Shown one piece after another: positions 1 to 12,056 of a stretch of DNA of 64,000 bases (positions within the stretch are counted from its first letter, which is position 1; each line of letters starts with the position of its first letter). This DNA is from the human T2T-CHM13v2.0 reference genome, Homo sapiens. The translations under genes and the position numbers were made by a program. The notes below the pieces were generated by a model. That model was not told the origin of the DNA. It saw nothing but the letters and a program-made list of their open reading frames with translations, and made no database searches. The stretch is taken from assembly GCF_009914755.1 (NCBI RefSeq), contig NC_060934.1; one strand, written 5' to 3'.

Positions 1-76
1 GATTTTTTTTTTCTAACTTTATGAAATACTCTAGCTAAAAAGTTGGCTCTGTTGAAATTGTGTTTCTCTCTAACAG

Positions 77-143
77 ACCTATTTTAAAAGGTGGAAAACG
101 GCTTTCATTGACTTACTTTGTATCCACAGACTTAGGAAAGCAG
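77..143 (+). other. Candidate exon A (67 nt) of an unidentified + strand gene
   Basis: Acceptor tgtttctctctaacag|ACC and donor CAG|gtaatt. Two frames are open: PILKGGKRLSLTYFVSTDLGKQ from 78 and TYFKRWKTAFIDLLCIHRLRKA from 77. Non-repeat context. Confidence 0.6.
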
Positions 144-1219
144 GTAATTTAATGTTTACTTAGTGATTTACTTTGACAATAAAAATGTAGGGTAAAATTT
201 GAGAGATGAACGAGATGGTTGAGGAACCTGTCATGTAATTTTAGAAAAACATTTAGGAATATCTTTTATGCATTAGTCACTGCAGGTGCAAATTTAGAAT
301 AGTTTAGTAGAACTGGAACAAAATGTCATTTTCTAAATCTAAGTTTCTTTGGTGTTATGGATGTCCCCAAGGGAAGACATCCGAGTTCTCCCCCCCCCCC
401 CGTCAAAAGGGGGTGTCGAATTTGAGGGGAGTCCCCCACTCCCTTGTCCTTAGGGTACGTCATAAAGCAGATGGGACCAGGTATTTTGAAGAATCAGCCA
501 AATAACAGAAGGACATGACAGAGGCTGTCCTAGTTCCTTGATTAAAATGTGTAAGGTTGATTAGAGAAAAGAACTTAATGCTGTTTATAGATAGAAAACT
601 GTTGCTTTCTCATTTCTTATTACCAAAGTGAGACTGAAACAAATGTTGATTCTGTTGGCACATTTGTATTGAGCACTTAGGTTCCCTGTATCATCTTGGT
701 CATGATTACCGCTGTGTTTCCCCTCGAGAGGCCATTGCAGGTTTTAGTCTGGGCTATTTGTATTCAGCAAGGTCAAGATAAGTTTTATCGTTACAGATAA
801 GTCAAGTGCATTAGGATCAATAGGTAATAGTAAGTGCATTGAAGATATTATTGCCAAGCTCTTAATGATTTTTTAAAGCTGTGAGCTTGTCATATAAAAT
901 ATACCTCTTATTGTTTTATCTATCTGAATGGAGCTCAGGAGTCCAATTAATTTTGCGGACATTTCAAGAAAGAGTAAAGAAACTTAAGGGCAGATTAAAG
1001 CAATGTTTTTGGAAATCCTTAATTGCTCTGCATTTAAACTTGTACTGATGAAGTTTTAGAGGCTAATTATTTTTAAAGAAATGCAAAAGGACAGCTAGTA
1101 GACAGCATTTATAAATTACAAATATTACTTGAGTTTACTTGTTAAGACAATCATTTTTTGAAGTTATATATATCTTACCCCTGGGCTTTCCTGCATAAAT
1201 CAGATTTCTGCTTCTTCAG

Positions 1220-1270
1220 GTGGGGAATAGTGTGGAAAAAAAGACCTTTTATACTTACCAAGGGATGATG
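1220..1270 (+). other. Candidate alternative/cryptic exon B (51 nt, frame-preserving)
   Basis: Acceptor atttctgcttcttcag|G and strong donor ATG|gtgagt. Phase-0 frame is VGNSVEKKTFYTYQGMM. The donor lies in a predicted hairpin (1251-1278). Confidence 0.5.
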
Positions 1271-1554
1271 GTGAGTATTTCATTATTTTAGAATTTCTGT
1301 TCTGGCCTAAATATATAAATAAGCTCTATAAGCTCTATATATTTAAAGCCAAAAATATCCTAAACATTTTCATGATTTTTTTTCTTTTTTACTGAAAGGA
1401 ATAGTTTTTATGGATTATATTAATTAATATATTAAAAATATGGACTCTAACAGATATGTTTTGTCTTAGTTTTTTTTTTCAGTTAATTTTCTGTGGCCCA
1501 AAACATGACCACAACATTAGGTGAAATGTAGATTGCATTTCTTTTCTTTTCTAG

Positions 1555-1596
1555 GTGCAGATTACATGGAAAACTTTTTTCATCGATTTCTTAGCT
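1555..1596 (+). other. Candidate exon C (42 nt)
   Basis: Strong acceptor tttcttttcttttctag|GT and donor GCT|gtatgt. Open frames are VQITWKTFFIDFLA and (G)ADYMENFFHRFLS, with an ATG at 1566. Confidence 0.65.
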
Positions 1597-2747
1597 GTAT
1601 GTATCATGTAACTGTTCAAAACACATAAACTAAAGAAATTATGTATTGAGCTCGGGTTTTTTTCCTTCTTCAGTACAGCCATTTTAAAAAATCCTTTCTA
1701 AACTTTTTAGACTTCTAGTTTGGAATGTTGTGGTGCCTGCTTGCATTTGTGCTTCTTAATCCTTCAAAATGTGCTGTTTTTCTTTTGATACTCAATTATA
1801 GATAGCAGTTTGTAGGTTTTCCTTGTTTTAAGTGAAGCTTTCTTATCTTAGCTGATAATTGAAATAAGGAGACTGAAACCAATCTTCATATTGATTTTAT
1901 GTATTCTTTATCAGTCACTATTTATATGGTAGTAAATAATCACCATTGCTGTCATAATTGTTCCTCCTCGATATTTTTTTTCTGTCTCCATACATTGTTT
2001 ATTTATTTAACCATTTAAGTTGCAGGTAATATAAGCATGTGACATCCTTTCTGGAAATTGTAAACTTTTTTTTTAAAGTCCTATAAATGACGTTCTTTGA
2101 GCCTTTGGCTTATTAATCTTTATAATATTGGTCTACATTTCCACCTACTTAGCCATTTCTCTTTCTGGCTGAATAGTGATAATTTTTCCTCAACATTAGG
2201 TCAATTTATTTTATTGCTGGATTAGATTGATTGTGTTATAAGAAAGAGAAAACCAAGAGGTACAGAAGGATGTGTGGAAACCTCCACTGAAAACGGATGC
2301 TGTCCTTCCAGAGCCAGCGGGCACGAAGGGGTTGTTGGCCTCCAGTTGAAAAGTAGCATGAAAGAGAAGTTGACTGCCTCTTTTCAAAAGTTATCTTTGT
2401 GTGGTGGTCCTAATGCAATATTAAGAAAATTAGAGCTTTAAAAACCAGAACAATGGTCCTTTTAAAATATATCTAGTTTAGTGAATTTACCCCCCAAAGC
2501 CTCTGGTGTCTAATTACTCAAAAAGGAAAAGAAAGAGGAGAAATCTTTACTAGCAGAAAAATAAATTGCAAAAAGTGGCAAGTTTTTACTTTTATGGAAA
2601 ACATTTTAATTCTGTTTTAATCCAGAAGGCAATAAAAGCAGCAAATTTTAAGAGTATTCATTTTTTTCTTGTACGACTAATTTTACCGACAGAAAATAAT
2701 TGAACTCCAAACAAGTGATAGTAATCTTATATTACTATTAAACTTTT

Positions 2748-2782
2748 ATTTTATTTATTTTTCTCTTTAAGTTTTTTTATCA
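2748..2782 (-). mobile_element. Extremely 5'-truncated retro-insertion (poly(A)/L1 3' tip) with 15-bp TSD
   Basis: tactattaaactttt at 2733-2747 and 2783-2797 flanks a T-rich 35-mer; the right copy ends tttt|aa, the L1 endonuclease site. Confidence 0.6.
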
Positions 2783-4424
2783 TACTATTAAACTTTTAAA
2801 TTTATATTTATAAAAAGGAAGTTTGTTTTCCTCCTTTTTACTTATAATTTATCTTGTCTGTATAATAAAGGGAGACGCTTAATGACCAAAAGAACAAATC
2901 TGTACATAGATAAATTAATTTTGTGCGGTGTTTTATATTTTTCTTTTCTTTGTTCCCAAATAGTGATGAAATCGACTATTTTAGTAAGAGAAAGACTGGA
3001 TTATTGTTTAGGGTTAATTTTCTGAAATATTGTGAAGCAGTTTTTAAATTTAACAAGATTAATTATTACCTGAAAGCAATACTTTAGCTTCACATTTAGA
3101 GGTCCTCGTATTTCAGACTGTGGGCCTGGTTTTCTCTAAAATTAATTAGGAACCCTTGTAAAGAGGTATTTTCAATGAAATGGGCCATAAGCAGGTATTT
3201 TAAAGTACATATTGTTTTCTAAAAGTTTTCTTGTTGGTTTTATAAGAATCGAATATGAAAGAACAACTTATTTATTGTAGCAGGAGTTCCTGTAATGCTG
3301 TTTTTGGAAATGAGTTTATTGTCCACATAGGAGAAAGAGGAGAGAGGCAGTCTTACCTATTCCTGTAGGTGAGCACCGTATACAGAATCACGGGGGTCAG
3401 TGGTTATGTGACAGTTTGTGTGTTTACTCAGCTTACTTGAAAATACAGCTATATTGTCCTAAAAGTCAGGAAAGTTCTTTGACTTAATTATCTTTATCTT
3501 TGGAGCATAGCCAAAGTCATTATTTCCACTGAAGTTGTCATCTGTGCTTTACATTTTCTTCCATCTATTAAAACTATTTTTCCTCTTCCCCCAGCAGATT
3601 GTTGAAACTTTGGGAAGTGCATGATTCTTCCTCCAGACTCTTTTCTTGTACTAGAAATAGGACAGTGCCAGACCTATCACTTGTACTTTGATTTGCTGCC
3701 TTTATCTTTAGCAAATCTAAATAAAACTGTCATCCTGATTTTCAGATCTCTCTTTGAACTTCCTTTACTCAAATTGCCCACTTTCCTATCTGCTCACTAC
3801 TTTTTTTTTTTTTCCTAATGGAGATTCCACGTCTGAGGTTTATTTTTTACGCTGTTACTGTCCTTTCTTGGATTTTTAAAATACTTTTTACTTTATAACT
3901 TATCTGTTACTTCCTTTTGGTAAACACAAATTTAGGTGATAATTACTTAGCTTAAGTGAGAAAATTGTCAGTCTCCATGAGTCTTTAGAAATAATTTATA
4001 CTGATTTCATAATTTCTAAAAAGCTACCTGACTTTGTGACTTTGGGGATCATCATTAAGGACTGAGGTGGCAAGAATGGTGGTATGGAAATCTGGGAGGT
4101 TTTTCTTCTTTCATATTTGAGTGTATTTCACATAATAATTTCTCAATATTTTACAAACTGTGTAAAATAAGTAGATACATTTCTTAGCCCAGAATAGCCC
4201 ACAAATATTTAATGAAAGTTGGAATTTCTTGTTCAGTTCTTTAAGACACATAGAAAAAATTGTCATAGAAAGCACCTTGTTATTTAATTCCTAAATATTT
4301 AGAATATGAATAAGAATGTAATGAGAATATGGCATTTATTGTTAGAATTTTCCAATATTGCTTTGATATAATGAATAATATAAATGCTTTCCCTTTATCA
4401 TTATCTTGTAGTAAGAGAATTTAA

Positions 4425-4580
4425 GAATTTTAGAGGTAAAGTGCCCTCTGAGATTACAACCCTACTATTTAAAAAATAAGACAACTGAGACCCATTGTGA
4501 TGAAGTGACTTGGCCAAGATCTTAAAAGCTCATTAGTGACAGACATATAGAGTGAGGTTTCTTGGTTCTTACTCCATTTT
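4425..4580 (-). mobile_element. MIR-family SINE fragment
   Basis: Core aactgagaccca..gaagtgacttggccaagatc matches the reverse complement of the MIR core. Confidence 0.6.
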
Positions 4581-4929
4581 TTTTAACCACATGCTCAATT
4601 CTGTGTCCCTCTCTCTCCTTCTAGTACCGTTTATACACCGTGTGTGTTATTTTGAGAAGGGACTAGTTAATTTCTATACTGTAACGGCAATTCAGATCTC
4701 AAATACATTGGAGCTAATGTTTCTGTCACCTTACCTGTCACAGTGTCCTTTGAGTAGACGCGTACTTTGCAACTTGGCATTTATTCAGTAAACATTTTTT
4801 TTAAGTATGTACCATGTGCCTCTGGCGTGCAAAATAATAGGGAACGGGTATTATGCATCTGACCTTCCTGTGTTATTAATTCTAAAACATGATTTTTAAA
4901 ACAATACATTTAATCATATAGATGTACCC

Positions 4930-5438
4930 AGGAGCAGATCCTGATTTTGTGAGGCCTAAAGCTTGTACAATTTTGGGAGCCTTTTTAAAGAAAGTAATAT
5001 AAAATAGCAAATGCAAAAGCAGATTCAAAGGCCTGTCAGTAGTAGACTGGGTAAATAGATTGTGAAATATTATATAGCAATGAATAAAAGGCTCTCCAAC
5101 TGCACACAGTGTGAAAAACATCTCTCCTCCATTGAATTGAGTGAAAGAATCCAGGCCCTCAGAGCACTTCTGCTCTTAGAAGACTGGCTGTGGTTGCCTT
5201 GGAGTATTGGGCCTGAGGAGGGAGGGGTGACGGGAGGAGTAAGGGTACAGGTGATGTTCTCTGTCTTGATCTGAGTGTGTTCAGCTTGTGGAAAGTCATC
5301 AGGCCACACACTTAGGGTATATTAACTTTGTATGTGTTTATTATACTTTAACAAGGGTATTTAAATCAGCTATATTGGAAGGGAGTCCTGTAAGTGAGAA
5401 ACCCAGAGGCCACTAGCTTATAGGAAATTCCCTCTCTA
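4930..5438 (-). mobile_element. MER69A/Arthur1A-like hAT MITE split by an L1ME 3' fragment (about 5025-5360, + strand)
   Basis: Left half gcagatcctgattttgtgaggcctaaagcttgtacaatttt and right half ttggaagggagtcctgtaagtgag..aaattccctctct match the two ends of MER69A as recalled. The interior has L1ME 3'UTR motifs. Confidence 0.6.
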
Positions 5439-5462
5439 GATGCACTATAATTAATTCAACCA

Positions 5463-5510
5463 ATGTATGTATGTATGTATGTATGTATGTATGTATGTAT
5501 GTATGTATGT
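5463..5510. repeat. (ATGT)12 microsatellite derived from an Alu tail
   Basis: Perfect tetranucleotide run in the position of the Alu poly(A) tail. Confidence 0.95.
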
Positions 5511-5794
5511 ATATGAGACAGAGTCTTGCTCTGTTGCTCAGGCTGGAGTGGAGCGGCATGATTGGGGCTCACTGCAACCTTTGCCTCTGGATTCAAGTGA
5601 TTATCCTGTCTCAGCCTCCTAAGTAGCTGGGACCACAGGCACACACCACCACACCCAGCTAACTTTTGTATTTTTAGTAGAGACAGGGTTTCCCTATGTT
5701 GGCCAGGCTGGTCCGGAACTCCTGACCTCAAGCAATCCGCTCACCTCAGCTTCCCAAAATGCTGGGATTACAGGCATAAGTCACCGCGCCTGGC
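5465..5794 (-). mobile_element. AluS (Sx/Sz-like)
   Basis: Full dimer; TSD aattcaaccaat at 5453-5464 and 5796-5807. Confidence 0.95.
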
Positions 5795-6694
5795 AAATTC
5801 AACCAATTTAGTGTTACTACACATTTAGGCTCTTTCCAATACAGATATCTTTTTGAAGCTAAGAGTTTAAAAATTTATAATTTTATGAAATGTTTAATAT
5901 GGCCATGTTTAGAGGTTTTTTTGAAGTGTTATTTTAAAATAGTAGATTAATAAGACATTTATATGTTCTATTTGCCCTTTTTATTTTGAGAGATTATACC
6001 TTTGTCATAAAATTACTTTCACCAATTATAGTTAAACTGTATGGTAGATTATTAATTACAAACTTACCTATGAAAGATTTTTGGAACTGTACACTATTAA
6101 TGAAACGTAACTATGGTTTCAGTTGGTAACATACTCATGCATAATTGATTATATATTTTATCTCATAAGGTTTTGAGTCAGAACTATTTTTATTATACAT
6201 GAAATGAAATAATGACACCCACCCTCATCTTTGTACAAGATTAAAAGGAACAACAGTGAACTGTCTTATTTGGAAAATGACATGGCATTATTTTAGAAAA
6301 CATTTAGAAATTTATTATACTAATAAGCCCTAATATGGACTCCTGAAATACAAAGTGTAAACACCGGCTCTTTTTGTAAGACAATTCAGACAGCATAGAA
6401 ATGACGGGAGATGGTTTTTAGGATATTTAGTATTTCTTCTCTACCTATTGGGTAACTCACTTTATTCATCTGATGGGCCATAGTTATTTACCTTTCTGGA
6501 TTTATGGGTGGCTTTTAAAATATTGTTTTGATTTTGGCCTTGTTTCTTAGTCTTGTAGACTTGTATCATTAAAAATAATGATGCAATTAAATAAAATACA
6601 TATTTGGATTTTTAACATTCAGTATTCAAATTCCAAGTATGTATTTTATTTCCTAGTTTGGGAGAAACAAGACCTAGTAAATGAAATAAAACCT

Positions 6695-7022
6695 GGCTGG
6701 GCACGATGGGTCACAACAGTAATCCTGGCAACTCTGGGAGTCTGCAGCAAGAGGAGCACTTGAGCCCAGAAGTTTGAGACCAGCTTGGGCATATGGCAGA
6801 ACCCTGTCTCTACAAAAAATAGAACAAATTAGCTGGCCACCCCAAAAATATAACAAATTAGCTGGCCTTGGTGGCATGCACCTGTAATCTCAGCTACTCA
6901 GGAGGCTGAGGTGGGAGAATCACCTGAGCCCGGGAGTTCTAGGCTGCAGTGAGCTATGATCACTCACTGCTCTCCAGCCTGGGTGACAGAGTGAAACCTT
7001 GTCTCGGAAAAAATAAAAAATA
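6695..7022 (+). mobile_element. AluJ with duplicated linker
   Basis: Diverged dimer; acaaattagctggcc occurs twice (6813-6838 and 6843-6867). Confidence 0.9.
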
Positions 7023-7721
7023 AAACTCAAGTAACTTACTCCTTAGACTTTTTGGGGAAATAACTTTGATTTATCAGAGTGCCTTCATTTGACAGATTTT
7101 TGCACATCTGAAAACAAAAACTATTTTTGAATTAATATGATCACTTGTTATGAGATTTAATATATTAGGTGGTAGTCTGGAGGGAATTGGTGGATGTGAG
7201 AAATAAGAAATATGCAGCTATCCTGACTAGCACCCTGAGAAAACAGTGTGCCACAGTATTGAAGAGAAGTGAGCCACAGTTAAGTAACAGAAACCTGTAT
7301 TGGAATTTTCTTAGACTACCCCACTCTCTGCCTGTATGATAGACATAATCCTGCTGACGTTGTTTCCTTTAAGGGCCATTTCTTATAAATGCATTTATAT
7401 TCCTAGAATAAGCTACTCTACACAGTACATGTTGTATCTTTCCATGCCTTTAAGTCCCTCATCTAGGTGGATTTTTTTTTAGTAGTTTCTATTCTGACCA
7501 CCAAGGTTATCAGATTCAACTCCTTACCTACTCATCACTAAGCCATTTACATTGTAATTTGGCAAAGATTAGTCTTGATGATGCGTGCAACAGATGTATA
7601 TTTAAACGATATACCTACTAATATTACCATATCTAATTTTCTGCTAATCCAGCACATCTGTGTTTAGAGGAACAAACAGAAATAAGAGAGAAATGATTCA
7701 CATTACAAAAGGATTCTCTTA

Positions 7722-8030
7722 GCCCAAGCATGGTGGCTCATGCCTGTAATCCCAGCACTTTGGGAGGCTGAAGCTGGAGGCTGATTTGAGCTCAGGAATT
7801 GGAGACCAGCCTGGGCACCATGGGGAAGCCCCGTCTCTACAAAAAATACAAAAATTAGCCAGGTGTGGTGGTGCATATCTGTAGTCCCAGCTACTTGGGA
7901 GGCTGAGGCAGGAGGATCACTTGAGTCCAGCAGGTCAAGATTGCAGTGAGCCATGAGTATAACTAACACTGCACTCCAGCCTGGGCTACAGAATGAGACC
8001 CTGTCTCAAAAAAAAAAAACAAAAAAAAAA
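7722..8030 (+). mobile_element. AluJ
   Basis: Dimer with J-type ggaggatcacttgag right arm and A-tail. Confidence 0.9.
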
Positions 8031-8240
8031 CCCACAAGCTCTTTTAATATACTGTTTTCCCACCATGTGTCGCAATACTTTACTGTATCTTGAGAATCTT
8101 CAGTTATATTTCAATATCCTAGGTTCCTAAACCTTAAGATATGCCTTTAATGCCGCCTCCAAGTCAGCAGTATACGAAAACTTCAAAATTCTCTTTAAAA
8201 GGACAATAGTTTAATCAAGTAAAAGACATTTGTCTCTCAG

Positions 8241-8282
8241 ACACACACATACACACAAACACACACACACACACACACACAC
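8241..8282. repeat. (CA)n microsatellite
   Basis: Interrupted CA run of about 20 units. Confidence 0.95.
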
Positions 8283-8504
8283 TAGATAGCAGGTTTAGTA
8301 TAAAATTTAGCAATGAAGCTGGAACGTAATAAGTTTTTTATATCAAATAGGTATATGTTTTACAAATAAAAAGAGCAAGACACCTTCTATTTCTAGGGGG
8401 CCCCTTGAAATTTGATAGAGTAACAATCATGCATTTAGATGTAATGAAAAAATTGACCTAGAGGAAGCATGTTAGCATTCAGCTGGTAGAAGTGATGTGT
8501 AGCA

Positions 8505-8612
8505 GAAAGAGCTGTGACAGAAGAGCTTTCCAGCTTGAGTTCTCCTTCCAACTTTCAATTTCCTTTACTGTGTAACTTTGGAGGAGTTGCTTACCTTCTC
8601 TGTGCCCTAGTT
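8505..8612 (+). mobile_element. MIR fragment
   Basis: tactgtgtaactttggaggagttgcttaccttctctgtgcc resembles the MIR core. Confidence 0.5.
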
Positions 8613-10542
8613 AACGCATTAAAAAGAAAAGGATAACTGATTTTTGTGATTCTTGAGCAGAGATAATTTCACCAGAGACTTTATATGTTGGTGGACTTCC
8701 ACACTGGCTGTTCTTGTAAATTCACCAGCGTGTCCTGGAATCAGTAATATAAGGAACTAGTAAGTGCAGTTAAACAGGTGTCGATTGGGCACCTACAGTG
8801 AGTTCAAAACTGAACTGAGCAGAGTTGATTTGTCTGTGAGTTTTCATGAACACAGCTATTTCCTATACTGATGCATTATAAATTGTACTGAATTATGGGA
8901 AAACAATTATAAATTTCAAGATGTTTTCTTATTCAAATTTTGGAAGGTTTTATCTAATCTGTGGCTTAGTGCAGAGATCATCTTATTGGAGACCGTCAAG
9001 CATCAATCTTAGCATGTTAGATTTGGAAGTTTTGGTCAATCTAACGTGTATTCCTCATTTACAACATGTTTGTGCAAGACATACATATACTTCACAGTCC
9101 TTGCCTCTGAGAAGTCAGTCTCTCAATAGGATCTTAGAGGTCATCCAGTCCATCTACCTCATTTTATAACAGAGGAAATAATTGTTACAGGGATGAGAAA
9201 AGGAATCTTCAGAAGTAAGAAATGAGAGGGAGAAGTTTGGTCGTTAAAAAAAAGAATGTGTTACAATTAAACCTAGGATGATGGAAAGCCCTTGAAAGGT
9301 TTTAGGGAAATAACATTGTAACCACAGGAAAAGACACGTAGGTTTATTGGATGAAAATTACTCAGGGGTATACTTGGACTCAACATAAGGAAGAATTCTC
9401 CAACAGTCAGTGTCTAAAGGTGGAGTGCTCCTATCAGAAGGCAGTGAGCAGTAAGATCACTCCCTCAATGAGCAAGCTTTGCAAAGTGATCACTTGATGA
9501 GGGTTTTGTAGAATGTAGTACGTAACCACTGGGGTAATACACCTGGGCTTTATTTTTTCCTTTGTAATAATTTCAGACTTACAGAAAAGATACAAGAATA
9601 GCACAAAGAATTCCTAAGTATTCTTTACGTAGATTCCCCAAATGCTAACACTTTACATCGTTTGCTTTTTCTGTGCTGTTTCTATGTAGATACATGTTAT
9701 TTTTTGTTTCTGAACTGTTTGAAACTAAGTTGCAGACATCATGCTCCTTTGTCCTTAAATATTTCAGTGGGTACTTTCTAAAAGTGAGTGGCTTCTCATA
9801 TGTAACAGAACAGTTATCAAAATAAGGAAATTAACATTGATACAATACTGTCATCCAATCCACAAGCTACACTGAGATTACATCAGTTGTCCCAGTGATA
9901 CCCTCCGTAGCAAAAGGAAAGGACAGTTTGTCTGGTTGTGTTCAGTTAGGAGTCCCGTGGTGCATTCAGTCAGCCTTTCTCTTTAGTTCTTCAATCTAGA
10001 ACAGTTCCTCAGCCTGTCTTTGCCTTTCATGACCTCACCACTTTGGAAGAGAACAAACTAGTTATTTTGTTAAATGTCTCTCCATTTGGGTTTGTCTGAT
10101 ATTCCTCATCAAATTCAGGGTGATTATTTTCATCAGAAATACCGTAGACGGTGGTGTGTTCTTCTAATGCCTCATGTGATGAGTCCTGTGATACTGATTT
10201 GATGGTAATTTTATTTGGCTAAAGTGGTGACTTCCAGATTTCTCCATTGTCAAGTTATTACTTTCTCCTTTGTCATTGATAGCTATCTGGTGGAGAGATA
10301 CTTTGAGACTATGTAAATACTCTGTTTCTCATCAAACTTTTACCTACTAGTTTATCATCCATTGGTGATCTTTACTCATATTAATTATTCCTAATAGTTG
10401 CTGGATGGTAAATTTCTAATTCCATTCTTCCTTCTACATTTATCAGTTGGCATTCTACTCTATGGAAGATTTTCCCCTCCTTCCCACTTATTTATTCATG
10501 TATTGATATCCGCAGACACTTATTTTACTCAGTATATTATAC

Positions 10543-10948
10543 TCTTAGTCCATTTTCTGTTGCTTAGAATACCTGGGTAATTTATAAAGAAAGGAATTTA
10601 TCTCTTATGGTTATGGCAGTTGGGAAGTACAAGGTAGAGGGGCTACATCTAGTGAGAGCCTTCTTGCTGGCGGGGAGAGGGGACTCTCAGAGTCACCAGG
10701 CAACGCAGGGCATCACATGGCAAGGGGCTGAGCATGCTAACATGCTTGCCCAGGACCCTCGTCTTCTTAGAAAGCCACCAGTCCCACTCCCATGATAACC
10801 CATCCATCTGTGAGTGGATTAACCCAGTGACAGGAGCAGACCCCTCATGACCCAGTCACTTGTCAACTGCCCCGCCTCTCAATACTGCCACACTGGGGAC
10901 TGGGTTTCGACATGAGTTTTGGAGGAGGCAAACATTCAAACCGTAGCA
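10543..10948 (-). mobile_element. MSTB-like MaLR solo LTR
   Basis: Reverse complement starts tgctacggtttgaatgtttgcctcctccaaaactcatg (MSTB 5' end) and ends aaatggactaaga. Confidence 0.85.
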
Positions 10949-11160
10949 TACTCCTTTACTGTTATTATTTATTTCACTGCTTCAGCTGTACCCGGTTTGG
11001 CCCCTGGGAGCCCCTCAAGCTCCCTCCTATGTCCTTAGGCATGTTGTCATTGTTCTTTGGACAGTCCCTTACTTTCTGGCCCAAGAAGATGATCTAGGCT
11101 CTTCTTGTACTTCCAGCTTTAGCCCTGGAAGCAGCCGTTTCTCCAAAGAGCTCTGCCTCC

Positions 11161-11455
<295 letters not shown>

Positions 11456-11829
11456 TGCCTCCTTTTTTTGAAGAATAGAGTCTAGAATCCAGGGCACTAG
11501 GACTGGTCATTGCTATTACAATGTCATTGCTTTTAGTTCACCTTAGCAGAGCTAGGGTGCATTTATCCATATCCATACATACATCTATGTCTATTTCCAT
11601 AATAATATTTCCATATGTATTAAAAGCATGATTTCATATTAATAATTCCAGTTCTGATTTAATATCATACAGCTCACTATCTGTGTAATTCTAGAATATA
11701 CAGAAAACAGTTTCAGAATTGCTAACCCATACCAATATATCTGGAGTTTAATTTTTGTTCAGTTTTTTTTTTTTAATTTGTAGTTTGAAAGTATATAGTC
11801 AAAACTTTGTGTTCACAAGATACTTGGAA

Positions 11830-12020
11830 GGGCTGAGGGTGGGGAATGGAGTATGGGGAGTAATTGCTTAGTGGCTACAGAGTGTCTGTTTGGGTTGATG
11901 AAAAGTTCTGAAAATAGATAGTGGTGATGGTTGCATGACAGTGTGAAAATAATCAAGCCACTGAATTGCATACTTAAAAATATTTTAAATAGCAAATTTT
12001 ATGTTATATAAATTTTGACA
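11830..12020 (+). mobile_element. L1MB-type 3' end
   Basis: gatgaaaagttctgaaaatagatagtggtgatggttgca..ccactgaattgcatacttaaaa. Confidence 0.8.
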
Positions 12021-12056
12021 CACACACACACACACACACACCCCCACACACACACA
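12018..12056. repeat. (CA)n microsatellite
   Basis: Interrupted CA run at the L1 tail. Confidence 0.9.

Noticed and set aside
130-143. 14-nt microexon using ccacag at 124-129
   Set aside because: Weaker pyrimidine tract than the acceptor at 76; at most an alternative acceptor of exon A.
1251-1260. U1 snRNA gene or pseudogene
   Set aside because: Only the first 9 nt match and the remainder of U1 is absent. Kept instead as the hairpin finding.
1308-1345. Inverted taaatatata/tatatattta around a duplicated aagctctat
   Set aside because: Short AT-only arms are expected by chance or slippage.
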